A stretch of 64,000 bases of DNA, from contig OZ244651.1 of assembly GCA_965218695.1 (NCBI GenBank), positions 992,001-1,056,000 of the forward strand, read 5' to 3'. Below the pieces are notes generated by a model. It did not search any database. It saw only the letters and a list, made by a program, of their open reading frames with translations, and was not told where the DNA came from. Positions 1-8,840 of the stretch are shown here, in pieces. The first letter of the stretch is position 1; the number at the start of each line of letters is the position of its first letter. A program made the position numbers and the translations under genes. The DNA is from Nitrosopumilus sp. (GTDB lineage Archaea; Thermoproteota; Nitrososphaeria; Nitrososphaerales; Nitrosopumilaceae).

Positions 1-80
1 AATCCTGCCATTATGTACGATATCAGGGCCTTGTGGCCTTTTGCCTGCAACTGTGCAAACCTCTCGCTAATTCTTGACAT
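1..80 (-). CDS. trpA: Tryptophan synthase alpha chain, 5' part (runs off window)
   Basis: Minus-strand translation from ATG at 80: [26 protein letters not shown], a typical TrpA N-terminus; overlaps the end of trpB. Confidence 0.85.
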   Translation of the reverse strand, partial: MSRISERFAQLQAKGHKALISYIMAG

Positions 81-1254
81 TTCTATTCAGATAGTTCTGC
101 ACCTCCTCTACGTCCTTGTCGCCCCTTCCGGACAGGGTCACCACCACCGACTCTGTCTTCTTGCCTTTTCTTGCAACCTTGATGGCCTCTGCCAGCGCGT
201 GGGCCGATTCAAGAGCCGGAATTATTCCCTCAGTCCTGGTCAGCATCAGAAACGCATCAACCACCTCCGAGTCCTTTGCCGCACGGTACACGACCCTTCT
301 GGAGTCCTTGTAGTATGCATGCTCCGGCCCCACCCCCGGATAGTCAAGCCCTGCCGAGATGCTGTGCGTCTCCCTTATCTGCCCCTCGCTGTCCTGGAGA
401 AGGTACGTCATCATGCCGTGAAGCACCCCCTTGCTTCCTGCCAGAAGCGATGCCGAGTGCATGCCTGACCTCAGGCCAAGCCCTGCAGCCTCCACCCCGA
501 TGATCTCCGCATCCGAGGATGCCATGGGATAAAACGTGCCTATTGCGTTGGAGCCTCCACCTACGCAGGCAACCAAGGTGTCTGGCCTCCTGCCAATCCC
601 CCTCATCTGGGAGGCTATCTCCCTTCCTATCACGCTTTGAAAGTCCCTTACCATTACCGGATACGGGTGCGGGCCTACTGCCGAGCCCAGAAGGTAGTAT
701 GTGGTGTTGACGTTTGTAATCCAGTCCCGAATCGCCTCGTTAATGGCATCCTTGAGCGTCTTGGAGCCGGACTCCACGGGATGGACCCTAGATCCAAGCA
801 GGTTCATTCTGAACACGTTGAGCTTCTGCCTTATGGTATCCTTGTATCCCATGTACACCTCGGCCTTCATCCCTAGAACAGCGCATGCCATTGCAGTGGC
901 AACCCCGTGCTGGCCGGCCCCGGTCTCTGCTATTATTCTCTTCTTTCCCATTCTCTTGGCAAGCAGTGCCTGGCCCAGCGTGTTGTTGATCTTGTGGGCC
1001 CCGCCGTGCAGCAGGTCCTCCCTCTTGAGGTATATCCTTGCGCCTCCCAGCCTCTTTGAGAGGTTCTCTGCATAGTACAGTGGAGTGGGGCGTCCTGCGT
1101 ATGACTTCAGGTAGTACCTCAGCTCGCTCTTAAAGTCCGGATCGTCTCTGAACCTCAGGTAGCTCTTCTCCAGCTCCTCGATTGCAGGCACAAGAGTCTC
1201 CGGTATGTATCTCCCGCCAAACTCCCCAAACCTGCCGTCCTTGGGATACCTCAA
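67..1254 (-). CDS. trpB: Tryptophan synthase beta chain
   Basis: [20 protein letters not shown] (PLP lysine), [29 protein letters not shown]; probable TTG start at 1254 overlapping the trpC stop. Confidence 0.97.
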   Translation of the reverse strand: MRYPKDGRFGEFGGRYIPETLVPAIEELEKSYLRFRDDPDFKSELRYYLKSYAGRPTPLYYAENLSKRLGGARIYLKREDLLHGGAHKINNTLGQALLAKRMGKKRIIAETGAGQHGVATAMACAVLGMKAEVYMGYKDTIRQKLNVFRMNLLGSRVHPVESGSKTLKDAINEAIRDWITNVNTTYYLLGSAVGPHPYPVMVRDFQSVIGREIASQMRGIGRRPDTLVACVGGGSNAIGTFYPMASSDAEIIGVEAAGLGLRSGMHSASLLAGSKGVLHGMMTYLLQDSEGQIRETHSISAGLDYPGVGPEHAYYKDSRRVVYRAAKDSEVVDAFLMLTRTEGIIPALESAHALAEAIKVARKGKKTESVVVTLSGRGDKDVEEVQNYLNRNVKN

Positions 1255-2033
1255 TATGCACCCGCCAGTTCCCGCACGCTTCCTGTTATGTCCATGCTTC
1301 CCATTATGCTTGATCCTATAAGAAATGCAGAGGCCCCGCATTTTTTTAGATATCGGATCTCCTCTGGCGTGCTGATTCCGCTCTCGGAAAGAACGTGCCT
1401 GGAGACGTCTGCCGATGAGAGAATCCTCTCAGTCGTACCGAGATCAATCTCCAGCGTGTCAAGGTTCCTGTTGTTGATTCCTATCAGGTCAGCGTCTGTA
1501 TCCAGGGCTGCCTCAAACTCCGCACTCGTGTGCACCTCAAGCAGAACCTTCAGTCCCCTTTTGTGGCCATACCCTACAAACTCGTCGATCTCCTGCAGAT
1601 GGCCCTGATCAAAGAGCGATTGGATTAGCAGGATGTAGTCTGCCCCGATCCTGGATGCTGCGTCAATCTGGATTCTGTCCACCATGATGTCTTTCATGAG
1701 CAGCGGCACGTCCACCGCCTGCCTTACCTTCATAAAGTATTCCGGGCTGCCGTTAAACAGGTGCGGCTGGGTCAGAACCGACAGCGCCCTTGCGCCGCCT
1801 GCAATCATCTGCCTTGCAATGGATGCCGGATCCGCCTGCGTCCTTATCTTGCCCTGTGACGGCGATGCAAACTTTATCTCAGTTATCAGCGTCGGGTGCG
1901 GGTTGAGCCTGATGATGTCCCCCAGATCCTCCCCCGATCCCTGCAGGTCTGCTGCTGCCACGTCATACGTTCCGTCATCGATTGCCATTCTGGAATTGTT
2001 TACCAGCCTCTTTAGGACGTCCCGGGCCATCAC
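1251..2033 (-). CDS. trpC: Indole-3-glycerol phosphate synthase
   Basis: [27 protein letters not shown] motifs; trp operon context. Confidence 0.96.
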   Translation of the reverse strand: MMARDVLKRLVNNSRMAIDDGTYDVAAADLQGSGEDLGDIIRLNPHPTLITEIKFASPSQGKIRTQADPASIARQMIAGGARALSVLTQPHLFNGSPEYFMKVRQAVDVPLLMKDIMVDRIQIDAASRIGADYILLIQSLFDQGHLQEIDEFVGYGHKRGLKVLLEVHTSAEFEAALDTDADLIGINNRNLDTLEIDLGTTERILSSADVSRHVLSESGISTPEEIRYLKKCGASAFLIGSSIMGSMDITGSVRELAGAY

Positions 2034-3088
2034 TGCAGCCCCCTTATCCGTGACACGGTGCCAGTATCTGCAACAAACCTCTCCAGAAGCGAAAAGGCGC
2101 CGCCCCCGTCCATGACGCCCAGCGCAGTCTCCACTGCCTCTCCGATGCCCTCTGAGATGCCTGCCACGACAAGCCCGCCTGCGGCATTGAGGGCCACCGT
2201 CTCAATCATTGCCCTGTTTGCGGTTCCGTCAAGCACCCCCACAAACGCCCTCATCGCCTCAGTACCCGTACTCACCTGTATGTCGCGCAGGCTCGATCTG
2301 CAAAGCCCGACATCTTCGGGCTTTACCACGCTCCGGGTTATGCTGCCTTCCTTGAGCATGCACACCGAGTTGGAGGAGATGGTGGAAAACTCGTCCATCC
2401 CGTTTGCAGCCCGCACAGTCATGATGCATTCTGCCCCGTTCCTTCTGAGGATGAGCGGGACTCTCTCAAGCATGTCCTTTGAGGACACCCCGATTAGCTG
2501 GTTTTTTGTGCCTGCAGGGTTCGCAAGCGGCCCCAGCAGGTTGAATGCGGTTCTTCTCCCAAGGGTCTTGCGGGCAGCTGCCACATGCCTCATTGCCGGG
2601 TGAAATTTTTGTGCAAACATGAAGCATATGCCGTGCCTGTGCAGGATTCCCGAGACCTCTGCAGGCCCCATGCCAAGATCATACCCAAAGTACTCAAACA
2701 CGTCGGCGCTGCCCGAGGCTCCGGAGTTTGAGCGGTTCCCGTGCTTTGCCACTGCCCCACCTGCTGCTGCCACCACAAACGAGGCTGCAGTGGATATGTT
2801 GAATGTTCCAAGCCCGTCCCCCCCGGTTCCGCACATGTCTATTGTGGTTTTGGCACCACCACCACCACCACCATCATCGGGTCTCATCACAAGGACAAAC
2901 CTCTGCATCGCATCGAGCATTCCCAGCAGCTCCTCGTCTGTCTCCCCCTTGTCGGCAAGGCCGGATATGAGTTCTGCACTCTGCCTGTCGTCTGTCCGTC
3001 CCGAGAGCATCTCCGTCATGGCGGCCCCCGCCTCCTCATATGTGATGTCCAGTCCCTGCTGCAGTCTGGAGACGAGGCGTGAAATCAT
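2030..3088 (-). CDS. trpD: Anthranilate phosphoribosyltransferase
   Basis: DMCGTGGDG, FNIST, KHGNRS, FNLLGPLANP. Confidence 0.97.
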   Translation of the reverse strand: MISRLVSRLQQGLDITYEEAGAAMTEMLSGRTDDRQSAELISGLADKGETDEELLGMLDAMQRFVLVMRPDDGGGGGGAKTTIDMCGTGGDGLGTFNISTAASFVVAAAGGAVAKHGNRSNSGASGSADVFEYFGYDLGMGPAEVSGILHRHGICFMFAQKFHPAMRHVAAARKTLGRRTAFNLLGPLANPAGTKNQLIGVSSKDMLERVPLILRRNGAECIMTVRAANGMDEFSTISSNSVCMLKEGSITRSVVKPEDVGLCRSSLRDIQVSTGTEAMRAFVGVLDGTANRAMIETVALNAAGGLVVAGISEGIGEAVETALGVMDGGGAFSLLERFVADTGTVSRIRGLQ

Positions 3089-3684
3089 CGTCGTACCGTC
3101 TCTCCTACCTGTCTTATAAAATTCCCAATAATCTTCTTTCCGTCCTGGGTCATTATCGACTCTGGATGAAACTGCACCCCCTGGACGGGATACGTCTTGT
3201 GTCTTACTGCCATGATCTCCCCGTCGTCGGCTGCCGTGGCAGTAACCTCCAGGACGTCTGGAATTATCGTCTTGTCGCCCACCAGGCTATGGTACCTGGT
3301 TGCCTGAAACGGTGACCTTACATCCCGGAACAGATCCGAGCCCGTATGGATTACGGGGCTTGTCTTTCCGTGTCTTACGCGTCCTGCATTGGTGACCCTG
3401 CCGCCAAAGGCATGAATGATTCCCTGGTGCCCAAGACAGATGCCAAGGATTGGGACAGTCGGTCCGATGTCGGATATGACATCAGAGCATATGCCAAAGT
3501 ATCTTCTCTCCTCCGGGGTTCCGGGGCCCGGCGAGATTATTATTGCATCGTACCCATTCTGCCTTATCTGCTCTGGAGAGATCCTGTCATTCCTGATGAC
3601 ATCGCACTCGGCACCAAGCTCCCCTGCATACTGCGCAATATTGTACACAAACGAGTCATAGTTGTCTATTATCAGTATCTTCAA
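3085..3684 (-). CDS. trpG: Anthranilate synthase component II (glutamine amidotransferase)
   Basis: IDNYDSF, ISPGPG, GICLGHQ, RYHSL, QFHPES; TTG start at 3684 inferred from overlap with the trpE stop. Confidence 0.95.
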   Translation of the reverse strand: MKILIIDNYDSFVYNIAQYAGELGAECDVIRNDRISPEQIRQNGYDAIIISPGPGTPEERRYFGICSDVISDIGPTVPILGICLGHQGIIHAFGGRVTNAGRVRHGKTSPVIHTGSDLFRDVRSPFQATRYHSLVGDKTIIPDVLEVTATAADDGEIMAVRHKTYPVQGVQFHPESIMTQDGKKIIGNFIRQVGETVRR

Positions 3685-5036
3685 TCCGATGCCTCCCTTA
3701 GCGCCTGAAGCATTGCGTCTGCCTTGTACTCTGTCTCCATAAACTCGTTTCTGGGAACCGAGTCCGAGACGATTCCCGCGCCGGACTGCACGAACCCCTT
3801 GTTCCCTTTGATGAATATGCTCCTGATTCCGATTGCAAAGTCGCAGCATCCGTTGTGTGAAAAGTATCCGACTGCCCCCGCATACGGCCCCCTTGCCTCC
3901 GTCTCCAGCTCGTCAATGATCTCCATGGCCCGGACCTTCGGTGCCCCCGAGACTGTCCCCGCGGGAAACACGGACTGGAACGCATCAAACATGTCCCTTT
4001 CAGGGGCCAGCCTGCCTGTCAGGTGTGTGACTATGTGTTGCACATGGCTGAACCTTCTCACCTTCATCAGGGATTCGGGATGGACGGTTCCGTACCTGCA
4101 GACCCTCCCTATGTCGTTCCTGCCAAGATCCACCAGCATCGTGTGTTCTGCCAGCTCCTTCTCGTCGCAGAGCAGCTCGTCTGCAAGCTCTTGGTTCTGC
4201 CTTTCATCCTTTGTGATCTTTCTTGTTCCTGCAATCGGAAACGTCTCCACCGTGTCTCCGGTGACGCGGACCAGCATCTCCGGGGATGCGCCAATGGCTG
4301 TGCTGCTGCCCTGTTTCAGGTGGTACATGTATGGCGACGGATTCAGCCTGCGCAGCGCACTGTACAATGCCAGATCGTCCCCGCTGACGTCAAATGTAAA
4401 CCTGCGCGAGAGGACCGCCTGAAAGATATCCCCGTCGTAGATGTATCTTTTTGCCCTCTCCACAATCTCTGAGAACTCAGACTCGCTCATGTTTGACCTG
4501 ACCTGGCTGGCATGGAATCTGCCAAACGCCCCGTCGCCGATTTGAAGTTCCTCAAACCTGTTCCTGTCGTGGTAAAAGTAGAACAGCTTTTTGTGCAGGT
4601 TGTCGTAGAGTATTCCGTCGTCATACACACCAAACTCCATTAGCGGCGCAGGCGCACCATGCGAATCCGGAATGTCTTCTATTGTCCTGACCGTGTCATA
4701 GTTTACAATTCCGACTGCCCCTCCACGATACCTGTATCTCTGATCTGTCGTCTCCCCAAGGAGGAGGAGGCGTTTTATCTCTTCAAACGGATTCGTATTC
4801 CGGATGACTCTGGTCTGTCCTTCTGCGACTATCTCCACCCTGTCAGAGTATCCCCTGAGGATCACGGCCGGATCAAAGCCCATTACTGATGTCTCAGAGA
4901 GTTTGCCTGGCCCTGTAAGTGATTCTAAGAGGAATGAGTGCGAATAGTTTCGTGAAATTCTGTTGTAAATCTGAAACTGGTTCTCAGATAGATCCAGTGG
5001 TATCAGTTTTGCCTGAGCCTTTCCAAATATGTCCAC
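3681..5036 (-). CDS. trpE: Anthranilate synthase component I
   Basis: LLES, GDIFQAVLSRR, PSPYM, PIAGT, EHTMLVDLGRND, FPAGTVSGAPK. Confidence 0.96.
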   Translation of the reverse strand: MDIFGKAQAKLIPLDLSENQFQIYNRISRNYSHSFLLESLTGPGKLSETSVMGFDPAVILRGYSDRVEIVAEGQTRVIRNTNPFEEIKRLLLLGETTDQRYRYRGGAVGIVNYDTVRTIEDIPDSHGAPAPLMEFGVYDDGILYDNLHKKLFYFYHDRNRFEELQIGDGAFGRFHASQVRSNMSESEFSEIVERAKRYIYDGDIFQAVLSRRFTFDVSGDDLALYSALRRLNPSPYMYHLKQGSSTAIGASPEMLVRVTGDTVETFPIAGTRKITKDERQNQELADELLCDEKELAEHTMLVDLGRNDIGRVCRYGTVHPESLMKVRRFSHVQHIVTHLTGRLAPERDMFDAFQSVFPAGTVSGAPKVRAMEIIDELETEARGPYAGAVGYFSHNGCCDFAIGIRSIFIKGNKGFVQSGAGIVSDSVPRNEFMETEYKADAMLQALREASD

Positions 5037-5340
5037 CCATGCGGTAAATCATCATGCCTTGTTATTTAAATTGATGAGATTGTCGTTCATGCTCCCGGGC
5101 AAACCCCGGCAGAGCACGGATGGCACGCCGGTTGCAGTCACCGTGCAGCAGTGGCATGGCTGGATTCTGACTGCAGACAGGCCGCACAACCGTTCTGTCC
5201 GCACCTGCCGGCAACCCTGTCTGCTATAAAATGAACCTTCTGGAGATGATCCGTTCTGCTGCTGCCGCTGGACGGCCGTGTACCTAATAGTACGGTTATG
5301 GTACGGTACTTTTAAATACCTACTGGTTCCATACCACTGC

Positions 5341-5532
5341 ATGTCTAAAACAAACCAGACGATCATACAGGACATGCAGGTCCTCAAGAAACCAGAATAT
5401 GCTTGGAGTTCTGCCAAAAATGTGGAATGTTATGTCTGTGGAAGGGGACTTGATTCCGGTTTCAGCATAACTGCCAGGACGCTGCCAAACGGAAACGCGC
5501 TGTTTTGTGATCTACACTACACGCCGCAGTAA
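5341..5532 (+). CDS. Small putative zinc-binding hypothetical protein
   Basis: CYVC...FCDLH motif; TATA-like TTTAAATA about 30 bp upstream of ATG 5341. Confidence 0.7.
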   Translation: MSKTNQTIIQDMQVLKKPEYAWSSAKNVECYVCGRGLDSGFSITARTLPNGNALFCDLHYTPQ

Positions 5533-5603
5533 ACACCCGAGCTTTTTTATCACCACACTACAAAAAGCCTGAGTCCTGCGCAGGCTAGTCCCTCACGCCG
5601 ACA

Positions 5604-5954
5604 TTATTCGTTCCATGCCGTCTGGGACCTGAGCCACGCAACCAGCTGCCTGTATATGGGACTGTTCTGCACGTTGAGTATGCCTATCTCTAGGTTGTTT
5701 GCAGACTTGGCCGTCTTGGAATAGTTGTCGTACTTTGTAAACATTATCCTGTCAAGGTACATCTCGTCCTGCATCTCCTTTTTGGCCAGCTCCTCGGACT
5801 CTGTCATGGCAAAACTTGCAAACATGACTCCGTCTGCCCAGTATGCGTTCATGGATTCCATCGAGGTCATCATTCCGATAAAGTCATCAAGGTTCAGCCT
5901 GATCACATCCCTTACATAAACCCGCTTGTACGGCCTGTAGACAAATTCTGTCAC
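5604..5954 (-). CDS. Conserved hypothetical archaeal protein
   Basis: 116-aa ORF with normal composition and an AT-rich upstream region. Confidence 0.75.
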   Translation of the reverse strand: MTEFVYRPYKRVYVRDVIRLNLDDFIGMMTSMESMNAYWADGVMFASFAMTESEELAKKEMQDEMYLDRIMFTKYDNYSKTAKSANNLEIGILNVQNSPIYRQLVAWLRSQTAWNE

Positions 5955-6315
5955 GTGCTGTTGTCCGTTGAAGAGTTTAATGAATATATTGATAATTGGT
6001 TTTGGATGATTTTTTTATAAAATCGGTCAGAAGAACAAGCGTCGTTGGGGTCATTGCATTACGTGAAACGTGGTCGTTCTTAAATGGTATGGCTTCAGAA
6101 TCATGATTCGGGATGCTGGCGCGAATTAGAAATAGCGTGAACGAGGGCTGAATTTTCAAAACGTGGACAACTCCCCTCGCAGGTTCTGTAAAGTAATTAA
6201 GAACGATTTTAATGTTGTTCTAATTTTTGGGTGCTTGTCCCGCCCACCCCGTACGCGACCGGCAGGCACCGCCAGACCACATAGACGCACGCCACAAGGC
6301 TCCCGGTTTGGTGCC

Positions 6316-6748
6316 TTATTTTCCATCCTGCTTCTGGGCACCTTCAGGCTCTGCGCCCGCGGGATCGTATGGCACGCCCGCGCCGGGGTGCATCATCCTG
6401 GCCATGTCGGCCATGACCGAAGTCATCCTTTGGATCGTCGTCTGCGCGTCTTGCAGCTGCTTCTCGGTCGTGCGGAGGCCGTCGTTTCCTCCCCCTCCTG
6501 AGAACGGCGGTTGTGGCGGCGGAGCGGCCTCCCCACCGGGACGACCATCCTGCGGCGGCTGTGGCAGATCCGGCGCCCCGGCCATCTCCAGGTATCTCTC
6601 GAATCCGGCAAACAGGTTGAGGCGCTCGGAGGCCTTGGCGTATTCGGCCCGCAGTTTCTCCGGGTACAGCACGGCCTGCTTCTCGTAGGAGTCCTTGGTG
6701 GCGTGCCCCAGCACGTGGTCGGCGGTCCACGGCGCGCACCCCGCCCTA
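6316..6748 (-). pseudogene. C-terminal remnant of a tyrosine recombinase/integrase
   Basis: ADHVLGHATKDSYEKQAVLYPEKLRAEYAKAS resembles the box II LGH...Y region of thaumarchaeal integrases; no upstream R-H-R motifs present. Confidence 0.65.
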
Positions 6749-6749
6749 G

Positions 6750-7052
6750 CCTGACGATATAGCCACGATCGAACCCACTGTGGATGCCGGCACTGTTGTT
6801 GTTGTTGCCGTTGCCAACGGTGCATCCGGCGGCGACTTTGACGGGTCCGAACTCCAGACCCTCTGGACGTGGGGTGGCTATTCCCCCCAAGTTCATTAAT
6901 GATGTCGAATTCTTGGGCGCGTTTGGATTCTAGGGGACGACTGTCCCAGACTACTTCAAGGGATGGCAAAGTGGTTCATAGACGGCACGCTGGACAGGCA
7001 GAACCTAATCCGCGCCCTGGAATACTTGGAGGTGCAAGGACTGCTGAACTAA
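6750..7052 (+). pseudogene. Decayed 3' end of a large secreted/surface protein (thaumarchaeal C-terminal domain)
   Basis: Across frameshifts and a stop it reads LWTWGGYSP..INDVEFLGAFGF*GTTVPDYFKG-MAKWFIDGTLDRQNLIRALEYLEVQGLLN*. Confidence 0.55.
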
Positions 7053-7097
7053 GACTTGGTTCTTGCCCAAATGATGTGATACGATCAGGATCAAGCA

Positions 7098-7295
7098 TTA
7101 TAGAGAATCTTCATCTGATTCTGCTAATTTTTTGATTGCCAATCCTGCAACTAATCCAACAAACGCTCCCAAAGCCAGGCTACCCACCCAGGAATACTCT
7201 GGCTTATGCTGCATTTCTTCTCTTGCTTTTCTCAGTTTGTCATATTCTGTTTTTGGGATTCTCATGCTGACGTATTTTGGCTCAGATTCTTTCAT
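7098..7295 (-). CDS. Small protein with an RHH-like N-terminus and a C-terminal transmembrane helix
   Basis: KYVSMRIPKTEYDKLRKAREE followed by hydrophobic WVGSLALGAFVGLVAGLAI; TATA-like sequence at ~7318. Confidence 0.65.
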   Translation of the reverse strand: MKESEPKYVSMRIPKTEYDKLRKAREEMQHKPEYSWVGSLALGAFVGLVAGLAIKKLAESDEDSL

Positions 7296-7387
7296 GATGT
7301 TTTATGACCGTTCGTGTTAAATATATACTCTTGCTGCATGCAAATTAACATACAACATTTAAATGCTGGAGTCTGACACCAAGACGT

Positions 7388-7624
7388 ATGATATTTTTAA
7401 TTCTTGCCGGTGTTGCAGGAGGCTATTTGCTTGCAGAAGCATACAAAAAATATGCAACGCCACAGCAGAAGCAAAAATGGGAAAATTATGTCAAAACCCA
7501 TCATGGTGAAGCTGGCATGCTGATGACTGCGGCTGGTGTTGTAACCAAATCTCCCACCCTTATAGGATCAGGCGTTGGTTTAATGGTACATGACAGAGAC
7601 GATGCAAGAAAATGGTTTAGGTGA
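7388..7624 (+). CDS. Small membrane-associated hypothetical protein
   Basis: Hydrophobic N-terminus and Gly-rich hydrophobic C-terminal half; TTTAAATG about 30 bp upstream; divergent from 7098-7295. Confidence 0.65.
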   Translation: MIFLILAGVAGGYLLAEAYKKYATPQQKQKWENYVKTHHGEAGMLMTAAGVVTKSPTLIGSGVGLMVHDRDDARKWFR

Positions 7625-7745
7625 TTGAACCCATGACCTTACCCACGCTTAGCGTGACGGTCGATCCCTGACACTGCATGATCGAAAGGATCTAGTTAAC
7701 GGGTCATCTAGGCACATCTGGAAGGGTGGTGGCTACTGGGATAAT

Positions 7746-7884
7746 ATGACCAACGTGCCACAATCATGATTGACGACGAGGTGGACCGCAAAATAAGGGA
7801 GCACCGGGCCAGGTGACGCTGGAGGGCAACAAGGCATGCAGCTACTCTGCTGCCGTCAACGACCTGCTGACAGGGGGAGTCTAG
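7746..7884 (+). pseudogene. RHH-like mini-gene copy 1 (two 1-nt deletions)
   Basis: 139 nt versus 141 nt in intact copies; ATGACCAA-CGT and AGG-TGACG frameshifts. Confidence 0.75.
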
Positions 7885-7887
7885 GAA

Positions 7888-8028
7888 TTGGCCAAGCGCG
7901 CCACAATCATGATTGATGACGAGGTGGACCGCAAAATAAGGGAGCACCAGGCCAGAAAGATTCTGGAGCGCAACAAGGCATGCAGCTACTCTGCTGCTAT
8001 AAATGACCTGCTGGCAAGGGGCGCCTAG
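7888..8028 (+). CDS. 46-aa RHH-like protein, copy 2
   Basis: TTG..TAG: MAKRATIMIDDEVDRKIREHQARKILERNKACSYSAAINDLLARGA. Confidence 0.8.
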   Translation: MAKRATIMIDDEVDRKIREHQARKILERNKACSYSAAINDLLARGA

Positions 8029-8031
8029 GAA

Positions 8032-8172
8032 TTGGCCAAACGTGTCACAATCATGATTGACGACGAGGTGGACCGCAAAATAAGGGAGCACCAGGCCAGA
8101 AAGATTCTGGAGCGCAACAAGGCATGCAGCTACTCTGCTGCCGTCATCGATTTGCTGACAAGGGGCACCTAG
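8032..8172 (+). CDS. 46-aa RHH-like protein, copy 3
   Basis: MAKRVTIMIDDEVDRKIREHQARKILERNKACSYSAAVIDLLTRGT. Confidence 0.8.
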   Translation: MAKRVTIMIDDEVDRKIREHQARKILERNKACSYSAAVIDLLTRGT

Positions 8173-8175
8173 GAA

Positions 8176-8316
8176 TTGGCCAGACGCGTCACTTTCCTGA
8201 TTGATGACGGGCTGGAGCGCAGGGTGCGGGGGTACCAGGCCAGGAAGATGCTGGAGCGCAACAAGGCGTGCAGCTACTCTGATGCCGTAAACGACCTGCT
8301 GGCGGGGGGCGCCTAG
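8176..8316 (+). CDS. 46-aa RHH-like protein, copy 4
   Basis: MARRVTFLIDDGLERRVRGYQARKMLERNKACSYSDAVNDLLAGGA. Confidence 0.8.
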   Translation: MARRVTFLIDDGLERRVRGYQARKMLERNKACSYSDAVNDLLAGGA

Positions 8317-8319
8317 GAA

Positions 8320-8460
8320 TTGGCCAGACGCGTCACTTTCCTGATTGATGACGGGCTGGAGCGCAGGGTGCGGGGGTACCAGGCCAGGAAGATGCTGGAG
8401 CGCAACAAGGCGTGCAGCTACTCTGATGCCGTAAACGACCTGCTGGCGGGGGGCGCCTAG
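8320..8460 (+). CDS. 46-aa RHH-like protein, copy 5 (identical to copy 4)
   Basis: Same DNA sequence as 8176-8316. Confidence 0.8.
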   Translation: MARRVTFLIDDGLERRVRGYQARKMLERNKACSYSDAVNDLLAGGA

Positions 8461-8465
8461 GAATC

Positions 8466-8606
8466 TTGGCCAAACATGTCACAATCTGGATTGATGGCGA
8501 GCTGGATCGCAGGGTAAGGGAGCACCAGGCCAAGATGATGCTGGCAAGCAACAAGGCATACAGCTACTCTGCTGCTATAAATGACCTGCTGGCAAGGGGC
8601 GCCTGA
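8466..8606 (+). CDS. 46-aa RHH-like protein, copy 6
   Basis: TTG..TGA: MAKHVTIWIDGELDRRVREHQAKMMLASNKAYSYSAAINDLLARGA. Confidence 0.8.
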   Translation: MAKHVTIWIDGELDRRVREHQAKMMLASNKAYSYSAAINDLLARGA

Positions 8607-8840
8607 CGGGCGTTGTCCATGCATCCAATGTCTGGCGGTGACGCGTCCGGGACCGCCGGCGGCCAAGGGACAGGCTGCGGTGGACGAGTTTGTGGCGGTG
8701 CTGGCGTACGTGCTTGAAAACCAATAATTGCCCAGTTGTTCTGCTGGCCTTTCGAACAAATACGCCAATTCTTATAGTGGCAGTCAAATCCGTTGTCATT
8801 GCGACCATTTAGTTACTCAAATCACTGGTGCCGGTAACAC

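Larger units (their letters stand above)
7746..8606 (+). repeat. Tandem array of six ~144-bp units, each an RHH-like mini-gene
   Basis: Units begin at 7746, 7888, 8032, 8176, 8320 and 8466; junction CTAGGAATTGGCCA recurs; units 4 and 5 are identical. Confidence 0.95.

Noticed and set aside
6316-6969. 217-aa ORF with a poly-Q stretch as a real gene
   Set aside because: Its N-terminal third is the antisense of a decayed plus-strand gene; only the part below ~6748 looks like integrase
7746-8606. CRISPR array or DGR template/variable repeats
   Set aside because: Whole units are homologous with no unique spacers; differences are not adenine-specific; no cas or reverse transcriptase gene is in the window
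7708-8808. Minus-strand ORFs (127, 73, 103, 77 aa) over the array
   Set aside because: Antisense shadows; the plus-strand 46-codon frames explain the start/stop periodicity and synonymous changes
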